64,000 nucleotides of DNA from Chlorobiota bacterium (lineage in GTDB: Bacteria; Bacteroidota; Bacteroidia; Bacteroidales; JAADGE01), in the NCBI GenBank assembly GCA_013152535.1, contig JAADGE010000027.1:37916-101915 (forward strand), written 5' to 3'. Below, piece by piece: positions 17,121 through 27,890 of this stretch. Positions within the stretch are counted from its first letter, which is position 1. The number at the start of each line of letters is the position of its first letter. The position numbers and the translations under genes were made by a program. Below the pieces are notes generated by a model. It did not search any database and was not told the DNA's origin. It saw only the letters and a list, made by a program, of their open reading frames with translations.

Positions 17121-19487
17121 TTATTGAAATTTCAAACTAATTCCGGCAATAAAATTAATTCCGGCTTGCGGAAAGTAACCGAACATATCATAACTTTTTC
17201 CTTCGTAAATATAGCGATAAACCCAAGCGTTGCTTTCGTATTGCTCGTTGAAAATATTATTAACGAACAGATTAAATCCGATTTCTTTAATGTATTTTGT
17301 TTTTAAGGTATATGAAATTCGCAGATTATTAACAAAATAGGGGTTTAAAGAGCGGTCTTTGCTTTCGGTATTGTCAATGTATTGTCTGCCGACGTATTTT
17401 GAGGTAAATCCGGCATTAAGCCCTTTAAAAATATTAAAAGTAAATTCACTGCCGGCAATAATCGCCGGTGAAAACGAAATGTCGGTTTCGGGATAGCTTT
17501 CGGTTTCTTGCCCCCAAGTGTCCCAATTATCAACATAAACCGTCAGATTTTTAATTTTATTTTTACTGAATGTTGCATTTCCTTGCCATTTTAAAAAATC
17601 AGTTATTTTTATTCCGCCGGAGAGTTCAACTCCCGCACGATAACTGTTCGGAACATTACTCATAACGTAAGCACCCACATTATTTATTTCGCCGGTAAGT
17701 ATCAGTTGGTTATTGTAATCCATAAAATATAAATTTACGTTGAATGCAATATTCTCAGATTGCACTTTGTAGCCGGCTTCGTAATCGTACAAGCGTTCCG
17801 GTAATATGGTTTCATTCGGTGCGGCATCCGTAAAATTGCTTCGAGAAGGTTCGCGATTGGCAAGAGCAAACGAGACATACGAATTTTGGTTGTCTGAAAT
17901 TCGATATGAAATACCGGCTTTGGGATTAAAGAAATTATAAAGATGTGTTTGTGAAATATCTCTTAAATCATCGTGGGTTCCCGAAATGTCATAATTAATA
18001 TTTCTTAATTGCAAATCTGCCCATAAGTTTAAGTGTGATTTTAGATTATAATTGATTTTAAGATAGTTACTTAGTTCTTTCTTGATGCCTGTATTGCGAT
18101 ACCATTCGTGTCGAATATCGGAATTTGAGGCGTATCGTGCCCAAATAATTCTTCCGAAATGGTCGCCGTCGTATTGATTTGCAGAACCGCCGAATACTAT
18201 ATTGATGTTTTTATTCCGGTATTTTAATGAATATACGGCACCGACAAAAGTATTATCTAACCATTTTCTGCGTATTAAATCCGTGCTTGTAAGGGTATCG
18301 TTTCCGATAACTAAATTGTCTATGTTGTAATCCGCAAAATCTTGATTTTCTTTATATTGTTCGTAATAGCCTTCTCCGTCCGTGCGGTGTAATGCGAAAT
18401 TCAAACTTAAACGATTGTTAAATTCATGTGTATAAAAAAACTGAATATGTTTTTGCGTGTAATTATCAACTTCATTATCATAAGTATAAGGATTATACGT
18501 TCGGTTTGTAAGCAAACTGTCTTTCGGAACACCGTACCATGCCTGATAGGTATTTTCGGTACCGCTGAATAATTTCACTTTAAAAAAATTCTTTTTATCG
18601 ACATAAGTACCTGATAAATAATAAGATTTCAAATCGGATTTTGCTCTGTCGATATAGCCGTCGGAATGTATTTTTGATAAGCGGAAATCAAAAATGAAGT
18701 GATTATTCAGTAAACCCGTTCCGGCTTTTACGGTTGATTTATACGTATTAAAAGACCCGAAAGTTTGGTTTAAATCAACATAAGTGTTTTTATTGATTTC
18801 GTTTGAAACAAAATTAATATTTGCACCGAAAGCTGCTGCCCCGTTTACTGAAGTTCCGACACCTCTTTGAATTTGAATATTATCAACGGAAGAAGCAAAA
18901 TCGGGTAAATCAACCCACCAAACGCCGTGCGATTCGGGGTCGTTCAGCGGTATGCCGTCAAGTGTTACGTTTATGCGCGTCATATCCGTCCCTCTTATTC
19001 GCATTGACGTATATCCGACACCGGCACCGGCATCGGAGGTAACAACAACGGAAGGCGTTAAGTCCAGTAAATACGGAATGTCCTGACCGTTATTCTGTTT
19101 GTCAATTTCACTTTTTTCAATATTTGTATATGCAACCGGCGTATTTTCATCGGCACGAATTGCTGTTACAATCACTTCATCAGCAATAATATCCGAATGT
19201 TTCAAAAGAATAGTGAGTTCGGCATTATTATTTGTTAAGGAAATGGTTTTTTCAGTTGTTTCGTAACCGATAAATGAAAAAGAAAGTGTGTAATTCCCTT
19301 TTTTTAAGTTATCAAATTCAAAATAACCTTTTTGATTTGTCGCAGTGGTTTTGTTAATTTTTGAAATTGTAACGATAACTTCGGGAACTTTCTCGCCGTT
19401 TTCGTTTTCAACTGTTCCGCTGATTTTTTGTGCATAAGAATTAATTCCGAAAAGGATTAAAACTACAAAGATTTTAAATTTTTTCAT
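17121..19487 (-). CDS. TonB-dependent outer membrane receptor with CarboxypepD_reg-like N-terminal domain (likely thiamine-related uptake)
   Basis: The signal peptide is MKKFKIFVVLILFGINSYA|Q. It has a plug region (VIVTAIR...PVAYT), a beta-barrel and the C-terminal aromatic F. The start was moved to ATG 19487 because the upstream 52 codons of the track ORF are the riboswitch. Confidence 0.85.
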   Translation of the reverse strand: MKKFKIFVVLILFGINSYAQKISGTVENENGEKVPEVIVTISKINKTTATNQKGYFEFDNLKKGNYTLSFSFIGYETTEKTISLTNNNAELTILLKHSDIIADEVIVTAIRADENTPVAYTNIEKSEIDKQNNGQDIPYLLDLTPSVVVTSDAGAGVGYTSMRIRGTDMTRINVTLDGIPLNDPESHGVWWVDLPDFASSVDNIQIQRGVGTSVNGAAAFGANINFVSNEINKNTYVDLNQTFGSFNTYKSTVKAGTGLLNNHFIFDFRLSKIHSDGYIDRAKSDLKSYYLSGTYVDKKNFFKVKLFSGTENTYQAWYGVPKDSLLTNRTYNPYTYDNEVDNYTQKHIQFFYTHEFNNRLSLNFALHRTDGEGYYEQYKENQDFADYNIDNLVIGNDTLTSTDLIRRKWLDNTFVGAVYSLKYRNKNINIVFGGSANQYDGDHFGRIIWARYASNSDIRHEWYRNTGIKKELSNYLKINYNLKSHLNLWADLQLRNINYDISGTHDDLRDISQTHLYNFFNPKAGISYRISDNQNSYVSFALANREPSRSNFTDAAPNETILPERLYDYEAGYKVQSENIAFNVNLYFMDYNNQLILTGEINNVGAYVMSNVPNSYRAGVELSGGIKITDFLKWQGNATFSKNKIKNLTVYVDNWDTWGQETESYPETDISFSPAIIAGSEFTFNIFKGLNAGFTSKYVGRQYIDNTESKDRSLNPYFVNNLRISYTLKTKYIKEIGFNLFVNNIFNEQYESNAWVYRYIYEGKSYDMFGYFPQAGINFIAGISLKFQ

Positions 19488-19549
19488 TTTGTTGATGTTT
19501 AAAATTAATAAATAACTTATAACATCAGGGAAAATTTTTTGAGAAGATT

Positions 19550-19645
19550 TTACTTTGCTTCCTGCGTCGGCATTACCCGTATCAGGTTCAAAGGGTTTGA
19601 TCTCAGCCCGTTGTATTAAGGCACCCCTGATTTGATACGGCAAAG
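19550..19645 (-). promoter_or_regulatory. TPP (THI-box) riboswitch
   Basis: The minus-strand RNA reads aucaGGGGUGCcuuaauacaacggGCUGAGAucaaACCCuuugAACCUGAUacGGGUAAUGCCgaCGCaGGAAGc. This carries the invariant TPP aptamer blocks GGGGUGC, CUGAGA, ACCC, ACCUGAU and UAAUGCC.GCG. It lies directly 5' of the TonB receptor. Confidence 0.88.
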
Positions 19646-19719
19646 ATACGTTAAAAAGTTTAAAGTAAAAAATGCCGTAAATTTTATTACTTTTATCTTT
19701 TTACTTTAAACTGAGATGA

Positions 19720-20082
19720 ATGGCAGAACATAATTTACTCGGGCAAAGAGGCGAAGATGCTGCAACAGAATATCTTGCGGGAAAGGGTTATAAAATTCTT
19801 GTTCGAAACAAACGATACGGGCATTTGGAAATCGACATTATTGCCGAACATCGGGATATGATTATTTTTGCGGAAGTTAAAAGTCGCAGCGGAATTTATT
19901 TTGAGCAACCTTTTCAGGCGGTTACCCTGAAAAAACAGAAAAAAATCATTAAAGCGGCAAATATCTACATTGAAGAAAACGAAATTGATCTTGAAGCTCG
20001 TTTTGATATTATTTCAATAGTTGAAGAAAACGGCAAATTTGTTATTGAACATATTGAAGATGCGTTTTATCCGTTGGTGTAA
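19720..20082 (+). CDS. YraN family endonuclease (UPF0102)
   Basis: G..GEDAA..YL...GYKIL.RN.R....EIDIIA and FAEVKSR are YraN hallmarks. Length is 120 aa. Confidence 0.85.
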   Translation: MAEHNLLGQRGEDAATEYLAGKGYKILVRNKRYGHLEIDIIAEHRDMIIFAEVKSRSGIYFEQPFQAVTLKKQKKIIKAANIYIEENEIDLEARFDIISIVEENGKFVIEHIEDAFYPLV

Positions 20083-20098
20083 ATATCCTTCCGAGTCT

Positions 20099-21694
20099 TT
20101 AAGATTTGGAAGGTCTGAGTATTTCGGCATATTCTTTTTTATTATTTAATACTTCAATAGCTTTTATAATAGTTTCGTCATATTCGTTAATAATTTTGTA
20201 ATATTCGGTATTCCCCCATAAGTCATTTGCAATTAGAGCTTTAATTTGATTTTTTATATATTCGTTATTTTTAAACTCGTTCAAATAATTATTTTTTTTA
20301 ATATTGTCCTCATATATGTAATTTACCATATCGGAAAGGATATTATCCGTAATTGTAAATTGTTTTTTAAAGGTTTCAAAATTCTTAAAAGTTTTCAAAA
20401 CTCGGTTCCTGTTTTTTTCTGAATATAGATGAATAAACTCATTAATTTTACTGTTATTCAGTTGTTCCCGATAATAATACGGATAATGAACGGTGTCGGC
20501 AGGGATGAAAATATCCGGCATAATTCCGCCGCCGCCATAAACTAAACGATTGTTTTTCAGTGTTTTGAATTTAAGAGAATGGTCTAATTTGATACTGTCT
20601 TTGTTAGAGAATTCACCATGTTCGTATCTGTGTATTAAATCCTCTTTATAGTCATCAATGCCTTTATTATAAGGTTTTTGGATGTTTCGCCCGGAAGGTG
20701 TATAATATTTTGCAATAGTGAGTCTGATCATAGAGCCGTCGATGAGATAAATTGGTTTTTGTACAAGTCCTTTACCGTAGGAACGACGTCCTATTATAAT
20801 TCCTCTGTCTAAATCTTGCATTGCTCCGCTGACAATTTCGGCAGCCGATGCCGAAGATTCATTTATCAGAATTACCAAATCATTATTTTTGAATTTTCCG
20901 GTTTTAAGAGTAAAATAATTTTTTCGTTTTTGGTGGAAACCTTCGGTATATAAAACGAGTTTATTCTTTTCGAAAAAATATTCGAGCAACTTGATTGCAG
21001 TGTATAAATAACCGCCGGAATTGTATCTTAAATCCAGAATAAGTTTTGATTTTTTTTTTGTCATTAATGAGTCTGTAAATTTTTTAAACTCGTCAATTGT
21101 TGTTGCTGAAAATCTGTTAAGTTTTATATAGGTAGTATTTTGATCAATATTGTATGCTGCAATTATACTTTTTACCGGGATTTTTCCTCTTCTGACAGTG
21201 AATGTCAGCAGTTTGTCAAATTTTATTCTTTTTACTTTTATAATAACTTTTGAATTTTTTTTTCCTGTAAGCAGATCTCTTAGTTTCCTGTCATCAATAC
21301 CTGTTCCTGCTATTGTATCGTTGTCAACAATTATAATTCTGTCGCCCGGTTTTATCCCTGCTTTATCTGAAGGTCCGTTTTTTACGATATTTAAAATTAA
21401 TACCGTATCCTGAATAATATCGTAAGAAATTCCTACACCTGTAAAACTTCCTCGCAAACCTCTGTTAAGTTCTTCAATTTTATCTTTTGAAAAATATAAA
21501 GAATGAGGATCCAAATCTTTAAGCATTGCTTTTATGGCATCTTCAGTAAGTTTTTCTTGGTTGACACTGTCGGCATAACTTTCGGTTACGGCATCTATTA
21601 CTTGTGTAAATTTATAAATTTGCTCTTGGTCGGTTTGTGAAAACAAATTAACATTTACAAATAATAGGAAAAGTACAATATATTGTTTCAGCAT
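20099..21694 (-). CDS. S41 family C-terminal processing peptidase with PDZ domain
   Basis: It has a signal peptide. GPSDKAGIKPGDRII marks the PDZ domain. LINESSASAAEIVSGA and GRRSYGKG are the S41 catalytic Ser and Lys regions. Confidence 0.88.
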   Translation of the reverse strand: MLKQYIVLFLLFVNVNLFSQTDQEQIYKFTQVIDAVTESYADSVNQEKLTEDAIKAMLKDLDPHSLYFSKDKIEELNRGLRGSFTGVGISYDIIQDTVLILNIVKNGPSDKAGIKPGDRIIIVDNDTIAGTGIDDRKLRDLLTGKKNSKVIIKVKRIKFDKLLTFTVRRGKIPVKSIIAAYNIDQNTTYIKLNRFSATTIDEFKKFTDSLMTKKKSKLILDLRYNSGGYLYTAIKLLEYFFEKNKLVLYTEGFHQKRKNYFTLKTGKFKNNDLVILINESSASAAEIVSGAMQDLDRGIIIGRRSYGKGLVQKPIYLIDGSMIRLTIAKYYTPSGRNIQKPYNKGIDDYKEDLIHRYEHGEFSNKDSIKLDHSLKFKTLKNNRLVYGGGGIMPDIFIPADTVHYPYYYREQLNNSKINEFIHLYSEKNRNRVLKTFKNFETFKKQFTITDNILSDMVNYIYEDNIKKNNYLNEFKNNEYIKNQIKALIANDLWGNTEYYKIINEYDETIIKAIEVLNNKKEYAEILRPSKS

Positions 21695-21770
21695 TCTGTT
21701 TATGTTTTTATTTCGTAAAAGCTTAGTATCTTTGTAACGGTTATTTTTTTATAAAAATTATAAGAAGCAA

Positions 21771-22751
21771 ATGTCAAAGTTATTTAAAATATTCCTCATT
21801 TTGTTAATTTCAAACCAAATTAATGCACAAAAACCGGTTTTTTTTCAAACTGTTAAGTTCGGAAATCCTTTTATTTCAGATATGAGAAGTTCTATAATAA
21901 AGTTGGAAACAGGATATTTGAATAAAATCGGAAAAGATTATTATATAAAAAATGTTTCAACTCGTCCGTTTATTGAAGCACATTTCGGTTATGAAATTCC
22001 TGTTATTTTATTGTCAAAAAATGATTATGAAATATTTTTCGGACTTCTCGGCGGTTCTGTTACGTTGGTTGATATGTTTGAAAAATCAACTGCACCGGTA
22101 ATTAATACCGATTATTGGTTCGGAACGAGAATAAAATTAATAAAACGATTTTCCGGCAAACCGTATTTAAAAAATGTTGTTGTTAATCTGATGCCGTTTT
22201 TTCACGAAAGCACCCACCTCGGAGATGAATTTGTTTTGCATGGTTATACTGAAATCCCTGATTTTAAGCGTATTAATATTTCTTACGAAGCTTGGAAATT
22301 TTCTGTTATTTTAAATGATCCCGATACTTTAAACGGGAATATATTATCGTTTAAAGCAGGAGTTCAAAATCTGTGGACACTGAAAGACGGATATTATTTT
22401 ACTGACAGTTTGGAAGTAAAGGGAGCAAATATACCTTTGAGTAAGAAAACTTTTGAATGGTATTTTTCGGCAAATTATCAAAGAAGCAGCGGATTTTTGT
22501 GTTCCGACAAATGGATAAATATTTTTTCGGCGGAGCTTAATAACCGACCCCAATTCAGTTATAATGCTGCAATTAACGAAACTCGAACATGGTCTTATAA
22601 TTTGTACTTCGGTTGGGAATATAAAATTTCGGATAAACCGTTTCGCAATGTCGGATTTTTCTTGCGACATTACGGAGGTCTGAATCCGTACGGGCAATTT
22701 CGTAACGAAAATAATTTCAGATTTACGGGTTTTAGTGTTGTTTTGATGTGA
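21771..22751 (+). CDS. Hypothetical secreted/outer-membrane protein (possible DUF1207-like)
   Basis: It has a signal peptide ending INA|Q and an aromatic-rich, beta-strand-like sequence. The [11 protein letters not shown] motif is present. The family assignment is tentative. Confidence 0.4.
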   Translation: MSKLFKIFLILLISNQINAQKPVFFQTVKFGNPFISDMRSSIIKLETGYLNKIGKDYYIKNVSTRPFIEAHFGYEIPVILLSKNDYEIFFGLLGGSVTLVDMFEKSTAPVINTDYWFGTRIKLIKRFSGKPYLKNVVVNLMPFFHESTHLGDEFVLHGYTEIPDFKRINISYEAWKFSVILNDPDTLNGNILSFKAGVQNLWTLKDGYYFTDSLEVKGANIPLSKKTFEWYFSANYQRSSGFLCSDKWINIFSAELNNRPQFSYNAAINETRTWSYNLYFGWEYKISDKPFRNVGFFLRHYGGLNPYGQFRNENNFRFTGFSVVLM

Positions 22752-22780
22752 GTTTTATTTTTTGTTTCTTTGCCCCCGAA

Positions 22781-24184
22781 ATGAAAAAACAACTTAAACT
22801 TCCTATTTTTGAGATTATAAAGCATCTTGCAGGAAAAGACAATTTGCGAGTATATGTAATCGGCGGCTATGTGCGTGATTTAATTATGAAACGCCCGTCG
22901 AAAGATGTGGATATTGTTATTATCGGAAACGGAATTAAGTTGGCAGAAGCTATTGCAAAAGAGTTTCCGGGTAAACCGAAAGTTACGGTATTTAAACGCT
23001 TCGGAACGGGAACGGCAATGTTTAAGTACGAAGGTGTTGAATACGAATTTGTAGGAGCCAGAAAAGAATCGTACAGCAAAAATTCGCGAAAACCTGCCGT
23101 GGAAAAGGGGACTTTGGAAGATGACCAAAACAGAAGGGATTTAACAATAAATGCATTGGCAATAAGTTTACATCCTGATAATTTCGGGGAATTACTTGAC
23201 CCTTTCAATGGGTTGCAAGACATTGAAAATAAGTTAATTCGCACACCGCTTAATCCTGATATTACATTTACGGACGACCCTTTGCGAATGATGCGTGCCG
23301 TCAGATTCGCATGTCAGTTAAATTTTGAAATATTTCCGGAAACATTAAAGGCAATTAAGAAAAATAAAGAGCGAATTAAGATAATATCAAAAGAACGTAT
23401 CAGTGATGAGTTAAATAAAATTATTCTTTCCGAAAAACCGTCAAAAGGATTTAAGATATTAGATGAAGTCGGTTTGTTACCGATTATTTTTCCTGAATTT
23501 ATTGCATTAAAAGGTGTTGAAACGATACACGGCTTAAGTCATAAAGATAATTTTTTGCACACCTTGCAAGTATTGGATAATATTTCAAAGAAAACGGATA
23601 ATTTATGGCTGCGATGGGCGGCAATATTGCACGATATCGGAAAACCGGCAACTAAACGATTTGCCGAAAACGGTTGGACATTTCATTCTCACGAATTTGT
23701 CGGAAAAAAAATGATACCGAATATTTTTAAAGAAATGCGTTTGCCGATGAATGAAAAAATGGTATATGTACAAAAATTGGTATTACTGCATCTTCGTCCT
23801 ATTGCACTTGTAAAGAGTGAGGTAAGCGATTCTGCCGTAAGGCGACTATTATTTGAAGCCGGTGATGCAGTTGATGATTTAATGACTTTGGCAGAAGCCG
23901 ATATAACTTCAAAAAACGAACGAAAAGTTAAATTATTCCTTAAAAACTTACAAGTTGTCAGACAAAAATTAATTGAAGTCGAAGAAAAAGACAAAATAAG
24001 GAATTGGCAAACGCCGATTTCCGGTGAGATAATTATGAAAACCTTTAATTTAAAGCCTTCAAAAAAAATTGGTATAATAAAAGACGCTGTACGAGAAGCT
24101 ATTTTAGACGGAATTATTCCGAATGAGTATAATGCAGCTTTTGAGTATATGATAAAATTTGTCAATGCAAATGATTTAAAATAA
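22781..24184 (+). CDS. CCA tRNA nucleotidyltransferase / poly(A) polymerase family with HD domain
   Basis: GGYVRDL......DVDIV is the nucleotidyltransferase motif. [10 protein letters not shown] and LHDIGKP (HD domain) are also present. The start is set at ATG 22781. Confidence 0.85.
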   Translation: MKKQLKLPIFEIIKHLAGKDNLRVYVIGGYVRDLIMKRPSKDVDIVIIGNGIKLAEAIAKEFPGKPKVTVFKRFGTGTAMFKYEGVEYEFVGARKESYSKNSRKPAVEKGTLEDDQNRRDLTINALAISLHPDNFGELLDPFNGLQDIENKLIRTPLNPDITFTDDPLRMMRAVRFACQLNFEIFPETLKAIKKNKERIKIISKERISDELNKIILSEKPSKGFKILDEVGLLPIIFPEFIALKGVETIHGLSHKDNFLHTLQVLDNISKKTDNLWLRWAAILHDIGKPATKRFAENGWTFHSHEFVGKKMIPNIFKEMRLPMNEKMVYVQKLVLLHLRPIALVKSEVSDSAVRRLLFEAGDAVDDLMTLAEADITSKNERKVKLFLKNLQVVRQKLIEVEEKDKIRNWQTPISGEIIMKTFNLKPSKKIGIIKDAVREAILDGIIPNEYNAAFEYMIKFVNANDLK

Positions 24185-24203
24185 AATATATAAACATTAA
24201 AAA

Positions 24204-24680
24204 ATGAAGTTTTTATTTACATTCTCAATCATTGTATGTTGTGTTATTAGCGGTTTTTCACAAGAAATACCCGTTTCCGAAAATCAAACAACACAAAATT
24301 CAGTGTACGGAAATTTAGGATTCAATCCGGAAGAATTTTATATCCCGTTATCCGTAAACTACGAATATACATTATATAATGTCGGATTTGCAAAAATTAA
24401 CGGCAGAACAGGTGTCGGTTTTTGGCTTGCTTGGACAGAAAAAGGAATAGATTTTCCTGTAACAGGACAAATTGTATTTTTTAAAAAATCATCACATATC
24501 GAAATAGGAATCGGAGCACAGTATATTTATGATTTTGCCGATAACATGACCGGCTTAAGTCATTTAATGAATATTGCTTACCGTTTTCAAAAGCCGAACG
24601 GAAAATTCTTATTTAAAATCGGAATTGAGAAAAATAAGTGGCAGGCATACCCGTTTATTAGCACCGGATGTGCTTTTTAA
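24204..24680 (+). CDS. Hypothetical secreted protein
   Basis: It has a signal peptide ending GFS|Q. No recognised motif. Confidence 0.45.
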   Translation: MKFLFTFSIIVCCVISGFSQEIPVSENQTTQNSVYGNLGFNPEEFYIPLSVNYEYTLYNVGFAKINGRTGVGFWLAWTEKGIDFPVTGQIVFFKKSSHIEIGIGAQYIYDFADNMTGLSHLMNIAYRFQKPNGKFLFKIGIEKNKWQAYPFISTGCAF

Positions 24681-24756
24681 CATTTTTTAGGAAATTAATA
24701 TAATTTTTTTTATCTTTACAAACCAATTTTTATAAACTTAACAAAAAATAATTATT

Positions 24757-25140
24757 ATGAAAAAATTAGCAGGTATCGGTATTATTTTAGTAGTTACATT
24801 TTTTATGGCAGCTTGCGGAGGCAGCAGCAGTAATCCTCAGAATGTTGCTAAAGACTTTTTTAAAGCATTATCAGAGAAAAATTATGACAAAGCAAAAGAT
24901 CTCGGGACAGACAATACGGCTATGATGATCGGAATGATTGAAAGTTTTGCTAAAATGGCACCCGAAGGACAGGATACAGACTCTGGAATGGGCGATTTAA
25001 GTGCTATTAAATGGGGCGAAACTAAAGTTAAAGGCGACAGTGCCACATGCTTTTATTCAACACCGGACAAAGAAAATCAAACTATTGCTTTGAAAAAAGT
25101 TGACGGTAAATGGAAAGTTGATATGAAAAAAGATATTTAG
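24757..25140 (+). CDS. Small lipoprotein (DUF4878-like)
   Basis: It has the lipobox FMAAC. AKDFFKALSEKNYDKA is typical of DUF4878-type lipoproteins. Confidence 0.55.
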   Translation: MKKLAGIGIILVVTFFMAACGGSSSNPQNVAKDFFKALSEKNYDKAKDLGTDNTAMMIGMIESFAKMAPEGQDTDSGMGDLSAIKWGETKVKGDSATCFYSTPDKENQTIALKKVDGKWKVDMKKDI

Positions 25141-25163
25141 AATTTTCATTTTTTGTAAATTTA

Positions 25164-25189
25164 CAGCCGGAATTTTCCGGCTGTTTTTT
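25164..25189 (+). terminator. Rho-independent terminator
   Basis: The stem-loop cagccgg-aatttt-ccggctg is followed by TTTTTT. Confidence 0.75.
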
Positions 25190-25206
25190 ATTTCAAAAAT
25201 ATACTG

Positions 25207-25869
25207 TTGAAAAAAGTTCTTAAATACATATTTATTAGTGTTGTTTCTGTAATCTTCTCAGTTTGGGCTTTTCGTGTATTTTATAACAGAGCAGAAAAAC
25301 GAAAAGAAAAACAAATAACCTATTTGTTGCCGAATTCCGAAAAAAAATTAATCCGTAACGGTGATGTAATTTTAAGATACGGATATGGTTTGGTCTCAGA
25401 TTATATCGTGAATAAATTTGATGAGCCTTATACCATTTCTCATTGCGGAATTATTCGAAAAATCGGAAATAAATTAGAGGTTATTCATTCTGAATCCGGC
25501 TCAATTTTATCAAAAGAAGGCGTGCAAGTACAAGATTTTGATTCATTTACGGATGCCGGGCATAAAAATTCAATTATAATTGTAAGATATAATAAATGCA
25601 CAAACGAAGACTTAAATAAAATAACAGATTTTGCACAATATTATTTGGATAAGAAAATACCTTTTGATTACGGATTTAATCCTGATGATACAACTGCCAT
25701 GTTTTGTTCTGAAATTATTTGGCATGTTTTTAAAGATGCTTTTAATAAAGATATATTTTTAAACAAAAATAACCGAACAGACTTTAATCAATTTAAAAAC
25801 TTTTACGACAGTACTCAATTTGATGTGATTATAAACGATCAATTAAAATTAATGAAAACAGATAAATGA
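25207..25869 (+). CDS. YiiX/permuted papain-like (NlpC/P60 superfamily) cysteine hydrolase, membrane anchored
   Basis: It has a TTG start and an N-terminal TM segment. ISHCGII and MFCSEIIWHVF resemble the permuted His and Cys catalytic motifs of the family. Confidence 0.5.
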   Translation: MKKVLKYIFISVVSVIFSVWAFRVFYNRAEKRKEKQITYLLPNSEKKLIRNGDVILRYGYGLVSDYIVNKFDEPYTISHCGIIRKIGNKLEVIHSESGSILSKEGVQVQDFDSFTDAGHKNSIIIVRYNKCTNEDLNKITDFAQYYLDKKIPFDYGFNPDDTTAMFCSEIIWHVFKDAFNKDIFLNKNNRTDFNQFKNFYDSTQFDVIINDQLKLMKTDK

Positions 25870-25871
25870 AT

Positions 25872-27692
25872 TTATAAACTGTTTATAACTCTGTTTAAAT
25901 TTTCCCCTTCTTTAAGTTTAAGTTTTTTCTTCAATCGGTATCTTGCGTTTTTTGCACTCTCCGGCGATATATTTAAAACGGATGCTGTTTCTTTTAATGA
26001 CAGGTTTAATTTAGTTAATGCACATAAACGAAAATCATTCCCCGTTAATTTAGGATTTATTTCTTTTAATTTAACAAAAAAAGATTTATTTAATTGTTCG
26101 AAATAAATTTTGAATAAATCCCAATCTTTATCTATGTTTAACCCTTTTTCTAATTGCTTTTTTATATGAAACAAATGTTTTCTTTCTTCGGATTCCAAAG
26201 TATTTGCCTGTGCCGAAATATGATTGGAAATTTCTTGTAATAATTTATTTTTTTGCATCATATTAAGTGCATGAGCAACTAATTTTTTTGTTTTAAATTC
26301 CAGTTCGTTTTTTAATCTTTTTTCTTCAATTTCTTTTTGTTCAAGTTTTGCTTTTACCAGTTCTTTTTCTTTTTGGTGAACCAATATTTTTTGTCTTTGA
26401 ATTTCTGAATCTTTTTTACGTTTTGTTTGAATTCTTATAATAATTAAAATGAAAATAATTATAAGAGAAATAATTCCTATAATTAAAAGGCGTGTATTTG
26501 CTTTTTCAAGTAATTCTTTATCTTTAAGACGGATTATTTCTTTCTCTTTTTTAGCAGTTTGATATTCCGTCTCATATTGTGCCAAACGATTTTGGAAACT
26601 TTCACTCAGAAGAGAGTCTTTAATACTTGTGTATTTTGTATAATATTTAAATGCATATTGGTAATCTTTTAACGAATAAAAATTATTCGAATATGTTTGA
26701 TACGATTTTTGTAACATTAAACCGTATTTTATATCTTCAGCTATCGCAATACACGAATCTAAATAAATATTACTAATCTTAAAGTTTTTCAGATTCCGAT
26801 AAGATTCTGCCGCAATATTATATGCAACGGCAACATCTTCCTTTGTTCCGTATTTTTTTGATAATTGCATACTTTTTTGCAGAAAGTTCAGAACACTGTC
26901 TGTTTCTTGTTTTTTAGAATATATAATTGCAAAATCATTATAGATGTTAGAAAGAACGATAAGATTTTTTGTTTTTTTATATTCGATTTCAGAAAGTTTC
27001 AGATTTTTAATCGTTTTATTATATTGTTTCTTTTCCAGATATACGGCAGCTATGTTCTTATAAGAAGTTCCCATGCCCATAGCATTGTTTATCGTTTTTG
27101 CAGCCTTTAAAGCTCCCTTATAATGTATTAAAGCTGTGTCAAAATCATTTATTCCGTAATAAATGTTTCCGGATGCAATTTCGGCTTTCCCGACTCCTTT
27201 TAAATAACCCGTTTTTTTAGAAATCTCAACAGCTTTTTCTAACATTTCCAATGCTGAATCTCGTTCGGAAATAATATCATGTGTATATGCTTTATCAATC
27301 AGGATATCAGCGGTTAATATACTGTCATTTTGCTTTGCAGAGTATGTTAATGCAGTATTAAAATTTTTGTTTGCTTCCCGAAATTCATTTTTATAATAAT
27401 AGATATTTCCAAGCACATAATAGGCATGTGATAATGCCTTATAATTATTCATTTCAGATGCAAAAGAAATACTTTTTGTTGCATAAAAATATGCAGTATC
27501 TAATCTGTTGTCATAATAATAAAGCGTACTCAGAAGGTAATAAACAGTAGATAAACTGTCTCTGTTGATATCAGATTTTTTTGATAATTTAATAAGATTT
27601 TTTATTTTAATATTTTTAACTTCCTGTGCTTTAGAAGGTGTTTGAAAAATGATACTCAAAAACAGTAATTGAAAAAAAAATACCGGTTTCAT
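25872..27692 (-). CDS. TPR-repeat transmembrane regulator with C-terminal LuxR/GerE-type HTH
   Basis: It has a signal peptide, many TPR-like YY..A..Y repeats, one TM segment (LLIIGIISLIIIFILIII) and a coiled coil. The C-terminal LT..DFRLCALTKLNLSLKETASVLNISPESAKNARYRLKKKL is the HTH. Confidence 0.75.
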   Translation of the reverse strand: MKPVFFFQLLFLSIIFQTPSKAQEVKNIKIKNLIKLSKKSDINRDSLSTVYYLLSTLYYYDNRLDTAYFYATKSISFASEMNNYKALSHAYYVLGNIYYYKNEFREANKNFNTALTYSAKQNDSILTADILIDKAYTHDIISERDSALEMLEKAVEISKKTGYLKGVGKAEIASGNIYYGINDFDTALIHYKGALKAAKTINNAMGMGTSYKNIAAVYLEKKQYNKTIKNLKLSEIEYKKTKNLIVLSNIYNDFAIIYSKKQETDSVLNFLQKSMQLSKKYGTKEDVAVAYNIAAESYRNLKNFKISNIYLDSCIAIAEDIKYGLMLQKSYQTYSNNFYSLKDYQYAFKYYTKYTSIKDSLLSESFQNRLAQYETEYQTAKKEKEIIRLKDKELLEKANTRLLIIGIISLIIIFILIIIRIQTKRKKDSEIQRQKILVHQKEKELVKAKLEQKEIEEKRLKNELEFKTKKLVAHALNMMQKNKLLQEISNHISAQANTLESEERKHLFHIKKQLEKGLNIDKDWDLFKIYFEQLNKSFFVKLKEINPKLTGNDFRLCALTKLNLSLKETASVLNISPESAKNARYRLKKKLKLKEGENLNRVINSL

Positions 27693-27860
27693 TTGTAAAA
27701 GTGTTTTGCAGTTTTTAATTCATCGTAAATATAATAAATTATTTAAGGGCAACTGAATTTAGTTATAAAAAAATTATATCAGAAAGAATAACTCTGATTA
27801 TCAAAATTACTTACAGACAATATTTAACTTATGATTTTATAAATTAATCCGTAAAAAATA

Positions 27861-27890
27861 TTTGCAGTTTAACAAAAATAACTATTTTTG
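27861..27890 (+). promoter_or_regulatory. Candidate Bacteroidota sigma-A promoter of rplU-rpmA
   Basis: TTTG at 27861..27864 and TAtTTTTG (TAnnTTTG -7 box) at 27883..27890 are about 19 bp apart. Confidence 0.4.

Noticed and set aside
19488-19643. 52-codon N-terminal extension of the TonB receptor ORF (MPYQIRGALIQRAEIKPFEPDTGNADAG...)
   Set aside because: This stretch is the TPP riboswitch aptamer read as protein. A canonical signal peptide starts at the internal ATG 19487.
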